Made by a program: the position numbers and the translations under genes. A stretch of DNA of 50,003 nucleotides from Candidatus Aegiribacteria sp. (GTDB taxonomy: Bacteria > Fermentibacterota > Fermentibacteria > Fermentibacterales > JCC-6): positions 1-50,003 of the forward strand of contig JAWOBF010000058.1 of NCBI GenBank assembly GCA_046498225.1, in the 5' to 3' direction. The notes under the pieces were generated by a model. That model was not told the DNA's origin. It saw nothing but the letters and a program-made list of their open reading frames with translations, and did no database searches. The stretch's first letter is position 1. Every line of letters starts with the position of its first letter. Below, in pieces: positions 18,943-27,531 of this stretch.

Positions 18943-20385
18943 TCAGTAGGCTCTTGCCAGTATCACCTTTGTTTCGGTTTCCCTGCCGGTCATGATGCAT
19001 TCGCCGCTTCCCCCCGGTTGCTCCAGGGGTATGCACCGAACGGTTGCCTTGGTATCCTGCTGAAGAGTTATCTCGTCGTTGGCGTCACCATCCCACCAGA
19101 CGCTGTAGAAGCCCGGTCTGTCAACGATGGCCTGGCGGAATTCCTCCATGGTGTCGGCGGAGAACGTACTCTCATCTCTTTTCCTGGAAGCCTCTTCAAG
19201 CATCGCGACCTGTATTCCGTCAAGTATTCCGGGTACATCCTCCGGGATCGAATCCAGCGGAATGGTGAATTTGCCGTCCCTGCCAGGGTTGTTTCGAGGG
19301 CTGGCCATGGCATGACCCTCCTCGAGGTCCCGCGGTCCGATCTCCAGCCTCAGGGGAACACCCCGAACCTCCCAGTAATTGAACTTGAAGCCGGGGCTGG
19401 AACCCTGGCTGTCGTCCACCTCCACGCGGACACCTTTCTGTTTCAGGCCCTCCGTTATGTTCTGGACGGTCTCCATAACCCCGGCCCTGGCGGAATCGTC
19501 CCTGGCGATGGGCACTATGACCACCTGGACCGGAGCCAGTCTGGGCGGCAGTCGGAGTCCATGTTCGTCACCGTGTACCATGATGACTCCGCCCACCAGC
19601 CTTGTTGATACGCCCCAGCTGGTCTGGTGGACGAACTGCTGCTGGTTCTCGCTGTCCAGGTAGGTGGTATCGAAGACCTTCGCGAAATTGGTGCCCAGAT
19701 AGTGGCTGGTGCCGCTCTGCAGGGCCCATCCATTGCCCATCATCGCCTCTATCGTGTAGCTGTCCACAGCGCCGGCGAACTTCTCCCTCTCCGTCTTCCT
19801 GCCCGGAATGACCGGAATGGCAGCGACGTTCTCCGCGAAATCCGCGTAGACCTGAAGCATCCGAAGGGTTTCCTCCCTTGCCTCAGACTCTGTCGCATGT
19901 GCCGTATGTCCCTCCTGCCAGAGGAATTCAGTGGTCCTGAGGAAAGCCCTGGGGCGCATTTCCCATCTAACCACGTTGGCCCACTGGTTAAGAAGCATGG
20001 GAAGGTCTCTGTAGCTGTTGATCCACTTAGAGAACATGTGATTGATGATGGTCTCCGATGTAGGACGCACCACCAGGGGTTCATCCAGCTTTTTTCCTCC
20101 GCCGTGGGTTACCACTGCCAGCTCGGGCGCGAACCCCTCAACATGCTGCGCTTCCCTGTTTATGAAGCTTTCGGGAATGAACAGGGGGAAGTAGGCGTTC
20201 CTGTGTCCGGTTTCCTTGAAACTGGCGTCGAGACTGGCCTGTATGTTCTCCCAGATGGCGTAGCCGTAGGGACGGATTATCATGCAGCCCCGGACCGGGG
20301 CCGAATCGGCCAGTTCAGCCTCCCGGATGACATCCTGGTACCATCTTGCGAAATCCTCTTTCGGATCTGTAATATTCTTGGCCAT
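18943..20385 (-). CDS. proS: Proline--tRNA ligase, archaeal/eukaryotic type
   Basis: VRPTSET, QWANVVRWEMR, FLRTTEFLWQEGHT, TSWGVSTR, C-terminal ARAY; no INS editing domain. Confidence 0.97.
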   Translation of the reverse strand: MAKNITDPKEDFARWYQDVIREAELADSAPVRGCMIIRPYGYAIWENIQASLDASFKETGHRNAYFPLFIPESFINREAQHVEGFAPELAVVTHGGGKKLDEPLVVRPTSETIINHMFSKWINSYRDLPMLLNQWANVVRWEMRPRAFLRTTEFLWQEGHTAHATESEAREETLRMLQVYADFAENVAAIPVIPGRKTEREKFAGAVDSYTIEAMMGNGWALQSGTSHYLGTNFAKVFDTTYLDSENQQQFVHQTSWGVSTRLVGGVIMVHGDEHGLRLPPRLAPVQVVIVPIARDDSARAGVMETVQNITEGLKQKGVRVEVDDSQGSSPGFKFNYWEVRGVPLRLEIGPRDLEEGHAMASPRNNPGRDGKFTIPLDSIPEDVPGILDGIQVAMLEEASRKRDESTFSADTMEEFRQAIVDRPGFYSVWWDGDANDEITLQQDTKATVRCIPLEQPGGSGECIMTGRETETKVILARAY

Positions 20386-20432
20386 TTAAGATTACTTCCT
20401 GTTCTGTTTGTTCATGAAGTTCAACAAGGCGA

Positions 20433-20461
20433 AAACTAATCAGTAAACCTCGATACTCCAA
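20433..20461 (-). promoter_or_regulatory. Putative sigma70 promoter of proS
   Basis: Minus strand TTGGAG-N17-TAGTTT. Confidence 0.45.
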
Positions 20462-20469
20462 GGGTGGAT

Positions 20470-20498
20470 TTGACACCTCTTCAGAGGAGTATTAGCTT
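20470..20498 (+). promoter_or_regulatory. Sigma70 promoter of the 6S-like RNA
   Basis: TTGACA-N17-TAGCTT, ending 9 nt before the hairpin 5' end. Confidence 0.7.
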
Positions 20499-20507
20499 CC
20501 TGTTATA

Positions 20508-20668
20508 GGGGGCCAGTTGCTGAGAGTGGCAAAAGGAACCGATGAAGGCGGCGCCCTGATGTGAAGCGGATGTGCGACCCGGCAAAAGCCGGGTAGACAG
20601 AAGCTGCATCGGGCCGTGGTAAGACCTTTAACCCTGTTTTGAAGACATTCTTCAGGGATATGGCCCCC
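20508..20668 (+). ncRNA. ssrS: Probable 6S RNA
   Basis: 161-nt rod-like hairpin: GGGGGCCA/TGGCCCCC closing stem, CTGA/TCAG, GAGTG/CATTC, CAAAA/TTTTG, poorly paired centre, GATG/CATC, apical ACCCGGC-AAAA-GCCGGGT; own promoter upstream and a T7 tract downstream. Confidence 0.65.
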
Positions 20669-20713
20669 ACACTTTTTTTATTTCTGCGAACATCTACAGG
20701 GGGAGTCGGGCTG

Positions 20714-21625
20714 TTGTCGCTGAGGAACATCTTTTCTTCCATAGAGGACAGAAACTACAGGCTGATCATGCTGTTCTTCCTGGTCTACACTGCTGTTCTG
20801 CTGATCGTTCCCCTGGCCAGGATGGTGCCGCGAATACCCGTTCCGCTGGGCACTTTCTTTCTGATCTACTTTCTCTACAGATGGAGCAAGGTTCCCGATG
20901 TGCTTCGTCCCTGGATCTTCTACCTGCTGCTGGTGCTGTCCTACTGGCAGCTGCAGTATGTGGTCTCCTCCAGCTTTCAGGAATGTCATGGGTCCGGAAT
21001 CATTGCCCTCGAGAAGAGCCTGTTCGGCAAACTGCCTGTGGTCTGGCTGCAGGAACATCTGTACAGGGGCCATCGAACGTGGTACGAGTACGTATTCGCA
21101 CTGTTCCACGCGTCCCTGTTCTTCATACCGGTTGCTTTCCCCCTTATCATGCAGCTGCGCAGGAGTCTGGCCAGGATGAAAAGGGCTACGGTAGCCCTGA
21201 CCCTGATCTCCCTCGCGGGTTATCTCACATACGTTCTCTTTCCACTGACTCCGCCATGGATGGCGTCCCTTGAGAACATGATCCCCAGTGTTGAGAGGAT
21301 AACCATAAGGGCCCTGGGAGAGATGGCGCCCGGAGGTATCATATCGGCCTTCAGCCCCAGCCCGCGGGGGGCAATGCCATCCATGCACACCGGTGTGCCC
21401 GTTCTGGTACTTCTGATGGCTTTCAGGGAGTTCGGCTGGAGGGCCTGGTGGTTCACCATAATAGTGCTGGGGATCTGCTTTGAGATCGCCTACGGGGCCG
21501 AACACTACATCGTTGATATAATCGCGGGTATCATCTATGCTATAGTGGCTTATGTAGTGGTATACCGTTTCCTCATACCGGACAGGCGCCTGGAAGACGG
21601 AGCTGAATCCGGAGCAGGGGGCTGA
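20714..21625 (+). CDS. PAP2-superfamily membrane protein (Aur1/IPC-synthase-like, PAP2_3)
   Basis: PLTPPW, AMPSMHTG and HYIVD motifs, many TM helices. Start moved to TTG 20714 after GGGGAG because the ORF-track start lies inside the ncRNA. Confidence 0.8.
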   Translation: MSLRNIFSSIEDRNYRLIMLFFLVYTAVLLIVPLARMVPRIPVPLGTFFLIYFLYRWSKVPDVLRPWIFYLLLVLSYWQLQYVVSSSFQECHGSGIIALEKSLFGKLPVVWLQEHLYRGHRTWYEYVFALFHASLFFIPVAFPLIMQLRRSLARMKRATVALTLISLAGYLTYVLFPLTPPWMASLENMIPSVERITIRALGEMAPGGIISAFSPSPRGAMPSMHTGVPVLVLLMAFREFGWRAWWFTIIVLGICFEIAYGAEHYIVDIIAGIIYAIVAYVVVYRFLIPDRRLEDGAESGAGG

Positions 21626-21629
21626 AAGC

Positions 21630-22439
21630 ATGGACAGAAGTATACATTCCCTTCGCAGGAAGAAACTCCGGGGCGAGAGGATAGTCTCTCTCACCGCCTA
21701 CGATTTCATGACCGCAAAGCTTGAGGAGAAGGCCGGGATAGATTTCATCCTGGTGGGCGATTCGATGGAAATGGTCGTGTTCGGCGGGGAAACCACCCTG
21801 ACCGCCGACCTGGACGTGATGCTGGCCCATACGCGGGCGGTAAGAAGGGGAGCGCCCAATACCCTTGTTGTGGGAGACATGCCCTTCGGTTCCTACGAGT
21901 GCTCCGATTCCCAGGCCGTGATGAACGCGGTAAGGTTCCTCTCGGAGGGGGGGGCGGACGCTGTTAAGCTGGAAGGCGGCAACAGCATGATCCTGTCCAG
22001 AGTGAGGGCGATAATCGACTCGGGGATCCCGGTGATGGGACATGTAGGGCTGCTTCCCCAGTCGATACGCAAAACCGGCGGTTACAGGGTAGTCTACGGG
22101 GACATGAAGGAGTCGCTGTTCGGGGAGGCCGTGTCACTGCAGGAGGCGGGAGTGTTCTCCATCGTTCTCGAGGGAGTGGAGGAAAAACTTGCCCGGGAGC
22201 TTACGGGTGAACTCGGAGTGCCCACCATCGGGATCGGCGCCGGGAGGTTCACCGACGGTCAGATCCTTGTGGTGAACGACATGCTGGGCATGTCCGGCGA
22301 GTTCAAACCTAAATTTCTCAAGGAATACGCCCGGCTCGACAGCGTTATCGCGAAGGCTCTGGAAAGCTACGTCCGGGAAGTCCGGGATGGGGAGTTTCCC
22401 GGGGAGGGCCACGCGTACCATTCCAGGGAGGAAAAGTGA
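21630..22439 (+). CDS. panB: 3-methyl-2-oxobutanoate hydroxymethyltransferase
   Basis: LTAYD, ILVGDS, VGDMPFGSY, AVKLEGG, MGHVGLLPQ, TIGIGAG, DGQILV. Confidence 0.97.
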   Translation: MDRSIHSLRRKKLRGERIVSLTAYDFMTAKLEEKAGIDFILVGDSMEMVVFGGETTLTADLDVMLAHTRAVRRGAPNTLVVGDMPFGSYECSDSQAVMNAVRFLSEGGADAVKLEGGNSMILSRVRAIIDSGIPVMGHVGLLPQSIRKTGGYRVVYGDMKESLFGEAVSLQEAGVFSIVLEGVEEKLARELTGELGVPTIGIGAGRFTDGQILVVNDMLGMSGEFKPKFLKEYARLDSVIAKALESYVREVRDGEFPGEGHAYHSREEK

Positions 22440-23677
22440 GAATACTAGTTGTGGGCAGCGGAGGAAGAGAACACGCTCTGACATGGGCGCTGGGAAGGTC
22501 CGGAGAACACGATCTGATGTGCGCCCCCGGAAACCCCGGCATTGGTACCCTGGCAAGGCTCTACCCGGTTGCGGCCTCCGATGTTGAAGGGATAGTGGAC
22601 CTGGCAGTGGAGAAGAAGGCTGACCTGGTCGTGGTCGGGCCCGAAGCGCCCCTGGTGGGGGGTCTTGCGGATTCCCTCAGGGCTCGCGGAATTCCCTGCT
22701 TCGGCCCAGGCAGTGAGGCTGCCAGGCTGGAGGGCAGCAAGTGGTTCGCCAAGGAGATAATGGATGCCGCGGGTGTTCCCACGGCAGTCGGAGAAGTATT
22801 CACGGATGCCCGGTCGGCTATGGAGTACATGGGCGGGAAAGTAACAGATTACGTTATCAAGGCCGACGGTCTGGCGGCGGGCAAAGGCGTGTTCCTGCCG
22901 GAAGGGACGGCCGAGGCGGAAGAGACGGTCAAATCGCTGTTTTCCGGAAGACTGGGGGATGCGGGGCGTGAAGTGGTAGTGGAGAGGCGCCTGACGGGCA
23001 GGGAGGTCAGCGTACTGGCCATCTGCAGCGGCGAGGAATGCGTGATGCTGCCGCCAAGCCGCGATCACAAGAGGCTGGGAGAGGGGGATACAGGTCCCAA
23101 CACCGGAGGCATGGGCGCTGTCTGTCCGCCCCCGGAGCTGGGGCCCGAATTCACTGATGTCGCCAGGGATGAGATCATCCTGCCGGTCCTGAGGGAGCTA
23201 TCGGTAAGGGGAGTCGACTATCGGGGCGTCCTGTATGCCGGCCTGATGGTCACCGAAGACGGCCCGAAAGTGCTGGAGTTCAATGTGAGGTTCGGCGACC
23301 CTGAAACCCAGGCTGTCCTTCCTCTGCTTGTATCCGACCTGGCGGAACTCTGCGCCGCCGCCGCCGCGGGCGAATCTCTTCCGGGTCGGCTGGAGGTACA
23401 GAATGGCTGCTGCACGTGCGTGGTCATGGCTTCCGGCGGCTACCCGTCTTCGTACAGGAAGGGTTATCCGATAACCGGCCTGGAGGACGTGACCGACGCG
23501 TACGTATTTCACGCGGGCACGGTCGTTTCGGACGGACAACTGCTGACGGCGGGGGGAAGGGTACTGGGAGTGGCCGCGGTGGCGGACAGTCTTGAGGATT
23601 CCATTGAAAAGGCGTACCGGGAATTGAGCAGGATACGGTTCCGGGACAGCCATTACAGAAAGGACATTGGAGGATAG
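22436..23677 (+). CDS. purD: Phosphoribosylamine--glycine ligase
   Basis: [51 protein letters not shown]. Confidence 0.97.
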   Translation: MRILVVGSGGREHALTWALGRSGEHDLMCAPGNPGIGTLARLYPVAASDVEGIVDLAVEKKADLVVVGPEAPLVGGLADSLRARGIPCFGPGSEAARLEGSKWFAKEIMDAAGVPTAVGEVFTDARSAMEYMGGKVTDYVIKADGLAAGKGVFLPEGTAEAEETVKSLFSGRLGDAGREVVVERRLTGREVSVLAICSGEECVMLPPSRDHKRLGEGDTGPNTGGMGAVCPPPELGPEFTDVARDEIILPVLRELSVRGVDYRGVLYAGLMVTEDGPKVLEFNVRFGDPETQAVLPLLVSDLAELCAAAAAGESLPGRLEVQNGCCTCVVMASGGYPSSYRKGYPITGLEDVTDAYVFHAGTVVSDGQLLTAGGRVLGVAAVADSLEDSIEKAYRELSRIRFRDSHYRKDIGG

Positions 23678-23681
23678 GCGA

Positions 23682-24125
23682 ATGCTTGTGGGAATACTTA
23701 TGGGCAGCGAGAGCGACAGGGAAACGATGAACAGAACGGCTCAGGTTCTCGAGGAACTGGGAATAGATTTCGAGATGAAGGTCATGTCCGCCCACAGGAC
23801 TCCGGCCGTTGTTGCCGAGTACGCCTCTTCCGCCGCGGGAAGGGGATTCAGGGTAATCATTGCCGGGGCGGGGCTGGCGGCCCATCTGGCGGGCGCCGTG
23901 GCGGCGCACACAATTCTTCCCGTAATCGGAGTGCCACTTGCCGCCGGGCCGCTGAACGGTATGGACTCCCTCCTGTCAACCGTTCAGATGCCCAAGGGGA
24001 TTCCGGTGGCAACCGTTGCCATCGGTTCTCATGGCGCCAGGAACGCAGCTTACCTTGCCGCTCAGATCATTGCTCTTGAGGATGAGAACGTGGCTTCCAG
24101 GCTCAGGGAGCTGCGCGGCTGGTGA
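23682..24125 (+). CDS. purE: N5-CAIR mutase
   Basis: [39 protein letters not shown]; start at ATG 23682 after GGAGG. Confidence 0.96.
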   Translation: MLVGILMGSESDRETMNRTAQVLEELGIDFEMKVMSAHRTPAVVAEYASSAAGRGFRVIIAGAGLAAHLAGAVAAHTILPVIGVPLAAGPLNGMDSLLSTVQMPKGIPVATVAIGSHGARNAAYLAAQIIALEDENVASRLRELRGW

Positions 24126-24706
24126 GCTCAAGGGTCCTGTCCCTGAACGCTGGTGTCCCGCTGGAAGAAGTCGCTTCGAAGATAGCCGCGGTGGTGCTGG
24201 CGGGGGGGGTGGTGCTCTATCCCTCGGACACGGTCTACGGCCTTCTGTGCAGGCCGGACAAAGGATCTACCCTTAACAGGCTCAGAAACATGAAGGGCAT
24301 ATCCGCTTCCAGGCCTTTCATACTTCTGGTAAGCGGTCCGGGAATGGCAGGGACGGTGGCCGACTGCACCGACCCCGAGGTTCAGGCTATCATTCGGCTC
24401 AGGTGGCCCGGCAAGCTTACGCTGGTCCTGCCCGCCCTGAAGAAATGCCCCCCCGATGTCGCCGATCGTGGCAGGACGGTGGCCCTCCGCCATCCGGCGG
24501 ACCGGCTCAGCGGCCTGGTGCTTCAGAAATGTGGTATGCCGCTGGTTTCAACAAGCGCCAACGTCTCGGGAGAGGGAAGCTGTCTCGATTTCGAGGAAAT
24601 ACCGCATTCGCTGATCGAAGAGGTCGACCTGGCCGTGGACTCCGGAAAACTCCCCCCATCATCCCCGTCGACGATCCTGAAGCTCGTTCGGGGCGGGGAA
24701 GAGTGA
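24122..24706 (+). CDS. tsaC: L-threonylcarbamoyladenylate synthase (YrdC/TsaC, no SUA5 tail)
   Basis: [32 protein letters not shown]. Confidence 0.9.
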   Translation: MSSRVLSLNAGVPLEEVASKIAAVVLAGGVVLYPSDTVYGLLCRPDKGSTLNRLRNMKGISASRPFILLVSGPGMAGTVADCTDPEVQAIIRLRWPGKLTLVLPALKKCPPDVADRGRTVALRHPADRLSGLVLQKCGMPLVSTSANVSGEGSCLDFEEIPHSLIEEVDLAVDSGKLPPSSPSTILKLVRGGEE

Positions 24707-24789
24707 TTCTTCCGTTGTGTTGACGGTCCGGTTGAGGAACGGGTATCCTGTGTGCCGGGGATAGGTTCTCAACAGAAAAGGAAACGCTC

Positions 24790-25518
24790 TTGTCCGAAGC
24801 GAGGAAGCACGGAGAAAAAGGCAGAGGAATACTGAAAGAACTGTTCGGCAACATGCCCATGCCCGGCGATACAGGTCCCTTTGATCCGGCCTATGACGAT
24901 TACTGGGATGAGAGGGCGAAACAGGCTGTCCTGACCGTCCCGGCCATCAGAAGGACTCAGGCCATACTCGACTGTGTGGACATGGGGGATACGGTCCTGG
25001 ATATCGGTTGCGGAACGGGGGAAACCCTCGAGCTGTTAAGGCGAGAGCGGAATATCTCCGGCACCGGTCTCGACGTCTCTGCCAGAGCTCTCGAGAGAGT
25101 CCGCGGAAAGGGCTTCGCGACATTGAACACCGACATCACCGGTTCCGGCTCGGCCCTGGATGATGAATGGGACCATATCATACTCTTTGAAGTTATCGAA
25201 CATGTCCTGGATGCTGAGGTGATGGTGCGGAATCTGATCGGCCGCTTCAGGAAAGGTCTCTACATCACAACGCCCAATCTCGGCTACGCAGCTCACAGAC
25301 TGAGACTGGCCTTCGGCAGGTTCCCGGTGACTTACATGCTGGACCCCAGGGAGCACATCAGGTTCTGGACCACGAAGGACTTCAAGTACTGGTCTCGTGA
25401 AATGGGACTCGGCACCCCCGAAGTAAGGGGACTGAGAGGGAAGCTCTCCGTCATGGGCATACAGAAGAGATGGCCTTCACTGTTTGCCAGCGAAGTCCTG
25501 TACAGATTTCTTCCCTGA
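24790..25518 (+). CDS. Class I SAM-dependent methyltransferase (MetW-like)
   Basis: VLDIGCGTG, GLDVS, FEVIEHV, ITTPN, HIRFWT. Confidence 0.85.
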   Translation: MSEARKHGEKGRGILKELFGNMPMPGDTGPFDPAYDDYWDERAKQAVLTVPAIRRTQAILDCVDMGDTVLDIGCGTGETLELLRRERNISGTGLDVSARALERVRGKGFATLNTDITGSGSALDDEWDHIILFEVIEHVLDAEVMVRNLIGRFRKGLYITTPNLGYAAHRLRLAFGRFPVTYMLDPREHIRFWTTKDFKYWSREMGLGTPEVRGLRGKLSVMGIQKRWPSLFASEVLYRFLP

Positions 25519-25544
25519 GATCACAGGCTCTGGATTTCCTGACC

Positions 25545-25573
25545 TTGACAACAACAACCTCATCAAGTTTAAT
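25545..25573 (+). promoter_or_regulatory. Putative sigma70 promoter of the secreted protein gene
   Basis: TTGACA-N17-TTTAAT upstream of an AGGAGG RBS. Confidence 0.55.
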
Positions 25574-25594
25574 AGTTTACAGGAGGTTAGGATT

Positions 25595-27376
25595 ATGAAG
25601 GTCTGTGTTTTGACAGCTCTGCTCATCGCATTTCTCTCAACAGCCCAGGTATTCTATGACGACTTCGAGGACAATTACATAGGCGACTGGGAGGAACGAT
25701 GCGAGTATGGAAACTGGTATGCTGCAGAGGGTATGGCCCAGTGTGAGAATGCACTCAAACCAGGCGCCCTGGTTATCCCTGGAGGTACGATCCTCCAGGA
25801 CGTCCAGGTACAGGCCTACGGTACCGCGCAACACGTATTTGGATTGATCGCCAGACTTGACGTTTCGGACAGCGGACTATTCGCTTACGTGTCTCCTGAT
25901 CACAATGTCGCCAGGATACGCCTGATCGAGAACGGACATACGGGCCAGATACTGTACTCAATCTACTACGATTTTCCCGAAGACACCTTCTACAATCTTA
26001 CATTCACGTGCATCGGAGACAGCCTGCACTTCCTCATAGAAATTCCCGATTCCGATATGAGCTGGGAGTTCAGCGCTGTCGATCCCTACCCTCATCCGGG
26101 AGAAGTGGGCATTGCTACAGCAGAAGAACTTCATGCACTCTGGGACTGGTTCAGCGTATCCCAGCCGTTCTTTGACGAAGTAGGTATCATGGCCTGTGTC
26201 GTGAATGACAGTGCAATGGGCAATGGGAACATGGCTTTCGAGGCCGGCGAAACAGTGGATCTGGGTCTGGCCATATACAACGGAGGTCCGGAGGACCTCG
26301 AAAACGCTATGGCAGTCCTGCAGTCCCTCTCCCCGGAGCTGGGAGTGATCGTTTCCTCTGTGGAGTACGGGACCATAGAGGCCGGTTCGGTCTCCTGGTC
26401 CGAGTCCGATTATGTCATTGAGGCCTTCACCGGCACTCCTGAAGGGGTAACCTACCCGATGAGGGTCAGTCTCTTTGCGGATGCCGGCTATCTCAGTCAG
26501 CATGAATTCGAGCTTCCGGTCGGTGAGGGAATATCGGCCTCTTTTGAGGGCGGTGCTGAGGACTGGTCTTCCTATGCCCTGGACATCGGATGGGGCGACC
26601 AGTGGCACGTTTCGGACGCAAGGAACCATACTCCCGGCGGCAGCACGAGCTTCAAGTGCGGGGACTCAGATGGCGGGGATTACAGTGACCTTCTCTTCAG
26701 CGGTCTGGTGTCGCCTCCGTTCAACGTGGCGCTCGGTTCCAACCTGACTTTCTGGATGTGGATCGATGCCCAGTGCGTGAGGTCCATGGAGGATGCTCTC
26801 GATGGAGGAACGCTGCAGATCGGACAGTTCGGTAACTGGGAGGACCTCATTCCGGATGACGGATATCCCTACCAGATAGTATCCGGGACGACCGGCCCCT
26901 TCGAGCCGGGCACAGGAGTGTACTCGGGCACTCATGGCTGGCAGCAGGTTTCTGTCCAGATACCCGACAGCCTCTGCGGGCCAAGGCAGCTCAGGTGGGT
27001 TTTCGGAAGCGATGTCGAAGGCAATAGGGAAGGCTGGTACATAGATGATATCTCAGTGGTCTCCTCACAGGTCTACGTAGGCGACCCCACTGTATCGGGG
27101 GATCACCTCACTCTTAGAACTTTCCCGAATCCCTCCTTCGAGATGATCCGTTTCGAGATCAGCTGTTTGCCGCAGGCGGGCGTGAGCATAGATATCTACG
27201 ATCTGACCGGGAGGATAGTCTGGACTGCTTCAGGTCAGTCAAGCATCAGCGGATCTCTGGTTTTGGACTGGGGTTTCGTCTCAGGGTCGGGATACCGAAT
27301 ACCAGCGGGCATCTATACCGCAGTTGTCAGATCGGGAGATGAGTCCCTGATCACAAGGATCGTGAAGGCCAACTGA
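25595..27376 (+). CDS. Secreted multidomain beta-sandwich protein with T9SS/FlgD-type C-terminal domain
   Basis: AGGAGG plus ATG 25595; signal peptide; GNGNMAFEAGE, F.SD....EGWYIDD (immune-inhibitor-A/MAM-like), C-terminal FPNPS...IDIYDLTGRIV...W.....G..IPAGIY. Confidence 0.8.
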   Translation: MKVCVLTALLIAFLSTAQVFYDDFEDNYIGDWEERCEYGNWYAAEGMAQCENALKPGALVIPGGTILQDVQVQAYGTAQHVFGLIARLDVSDSGLFAYVSPDHNVARIRLIENGHTGQILYSIYYDFPEDTFYNLTFTCIGDSLHFLIEIPDSDMSWEFSAVDPYPHPGEVGIATAEELHALWDWFSVSQPFFDEVGIMACVVNDSAMGNGNMAFEAGETVDLGLAIYNGGPEDLENAMAVLQSLSPELGVIVSSVEYGTIEAGSVSWSESDYVIEAFTGTPEGVTYPMRVSLFADAGYLSQHEFELPVGEGISASFEGGAEDWSSYALDIGWGDQWHVSDARNHTPGGSTSFKCGDSDGGDYSDLLFSGLVSPPFNVALGSNLTFWMWIDAQCVRSMEDALDGGTLQIGQFGNWEDLIPDDGYPYQIVSGTTGPFEPGTGVYSGTHGWQQVSVQIPDSLCGPRQLRWVFGSDVEGNREGWYIDDISVVSSQVYVGDPTVSGDHLTLRTFPNPSFEMIRFEISCLPQAGVSIDIYDLTGRIVWTASGQSSISGSLVLDWGFVSGSGYRIPAGIYTAVVRSGDESLITRIVKAN

Positions 27377-27486
27377 CCGCTGCCGGTTTACCTTCCGCAG
27401 TGAGTAAGATAAGAGAAGATTCGAGGGTTGCGATGGACATGCCCCTCAACATCATTTAGGCATTAACGGAGAAAGCCGCGCTGATG

Positions 27487-27521
27487 ACCGTGTGGTCATG
27501 ATGAGGACTGCACGGTTCTTT
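27487..27521 (+). terminator. Putative intrinsic terminator
   Basis: ACCGTGTGGTC/GACTGCACGGT stem (with G-U pairs) followed by TCTTT, between convergent genes. Confidence 0.5.
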
Positions 27522-27531
27522 GGATCTCGAC

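Noticed and set aside
20062..20071. AGGACGCACC similarity to the MITE end
   Set aside because: Short match inside the proS coding frame; consistent with chance.
18943..20385. Archaeal/eukaryotic-type ProRS as a novel horizontal transfer
   Set aside because: This type is widespread in FCB and other bacteria.
20508..20672. tmRNA, tRNA or SRP RNA identity for the GGGGGCC...GGCCCCC element
   Set aside because: No T-arm or CCA end, too short for tmRNA, and no SRP domain IV CAGG/GGAA/AGCA motif.
27480..27521. Hammerhead ribozyme (CTGATGA followed by a stem)
   Set aside because: No GAAA after stem II; better explained as a terminator.
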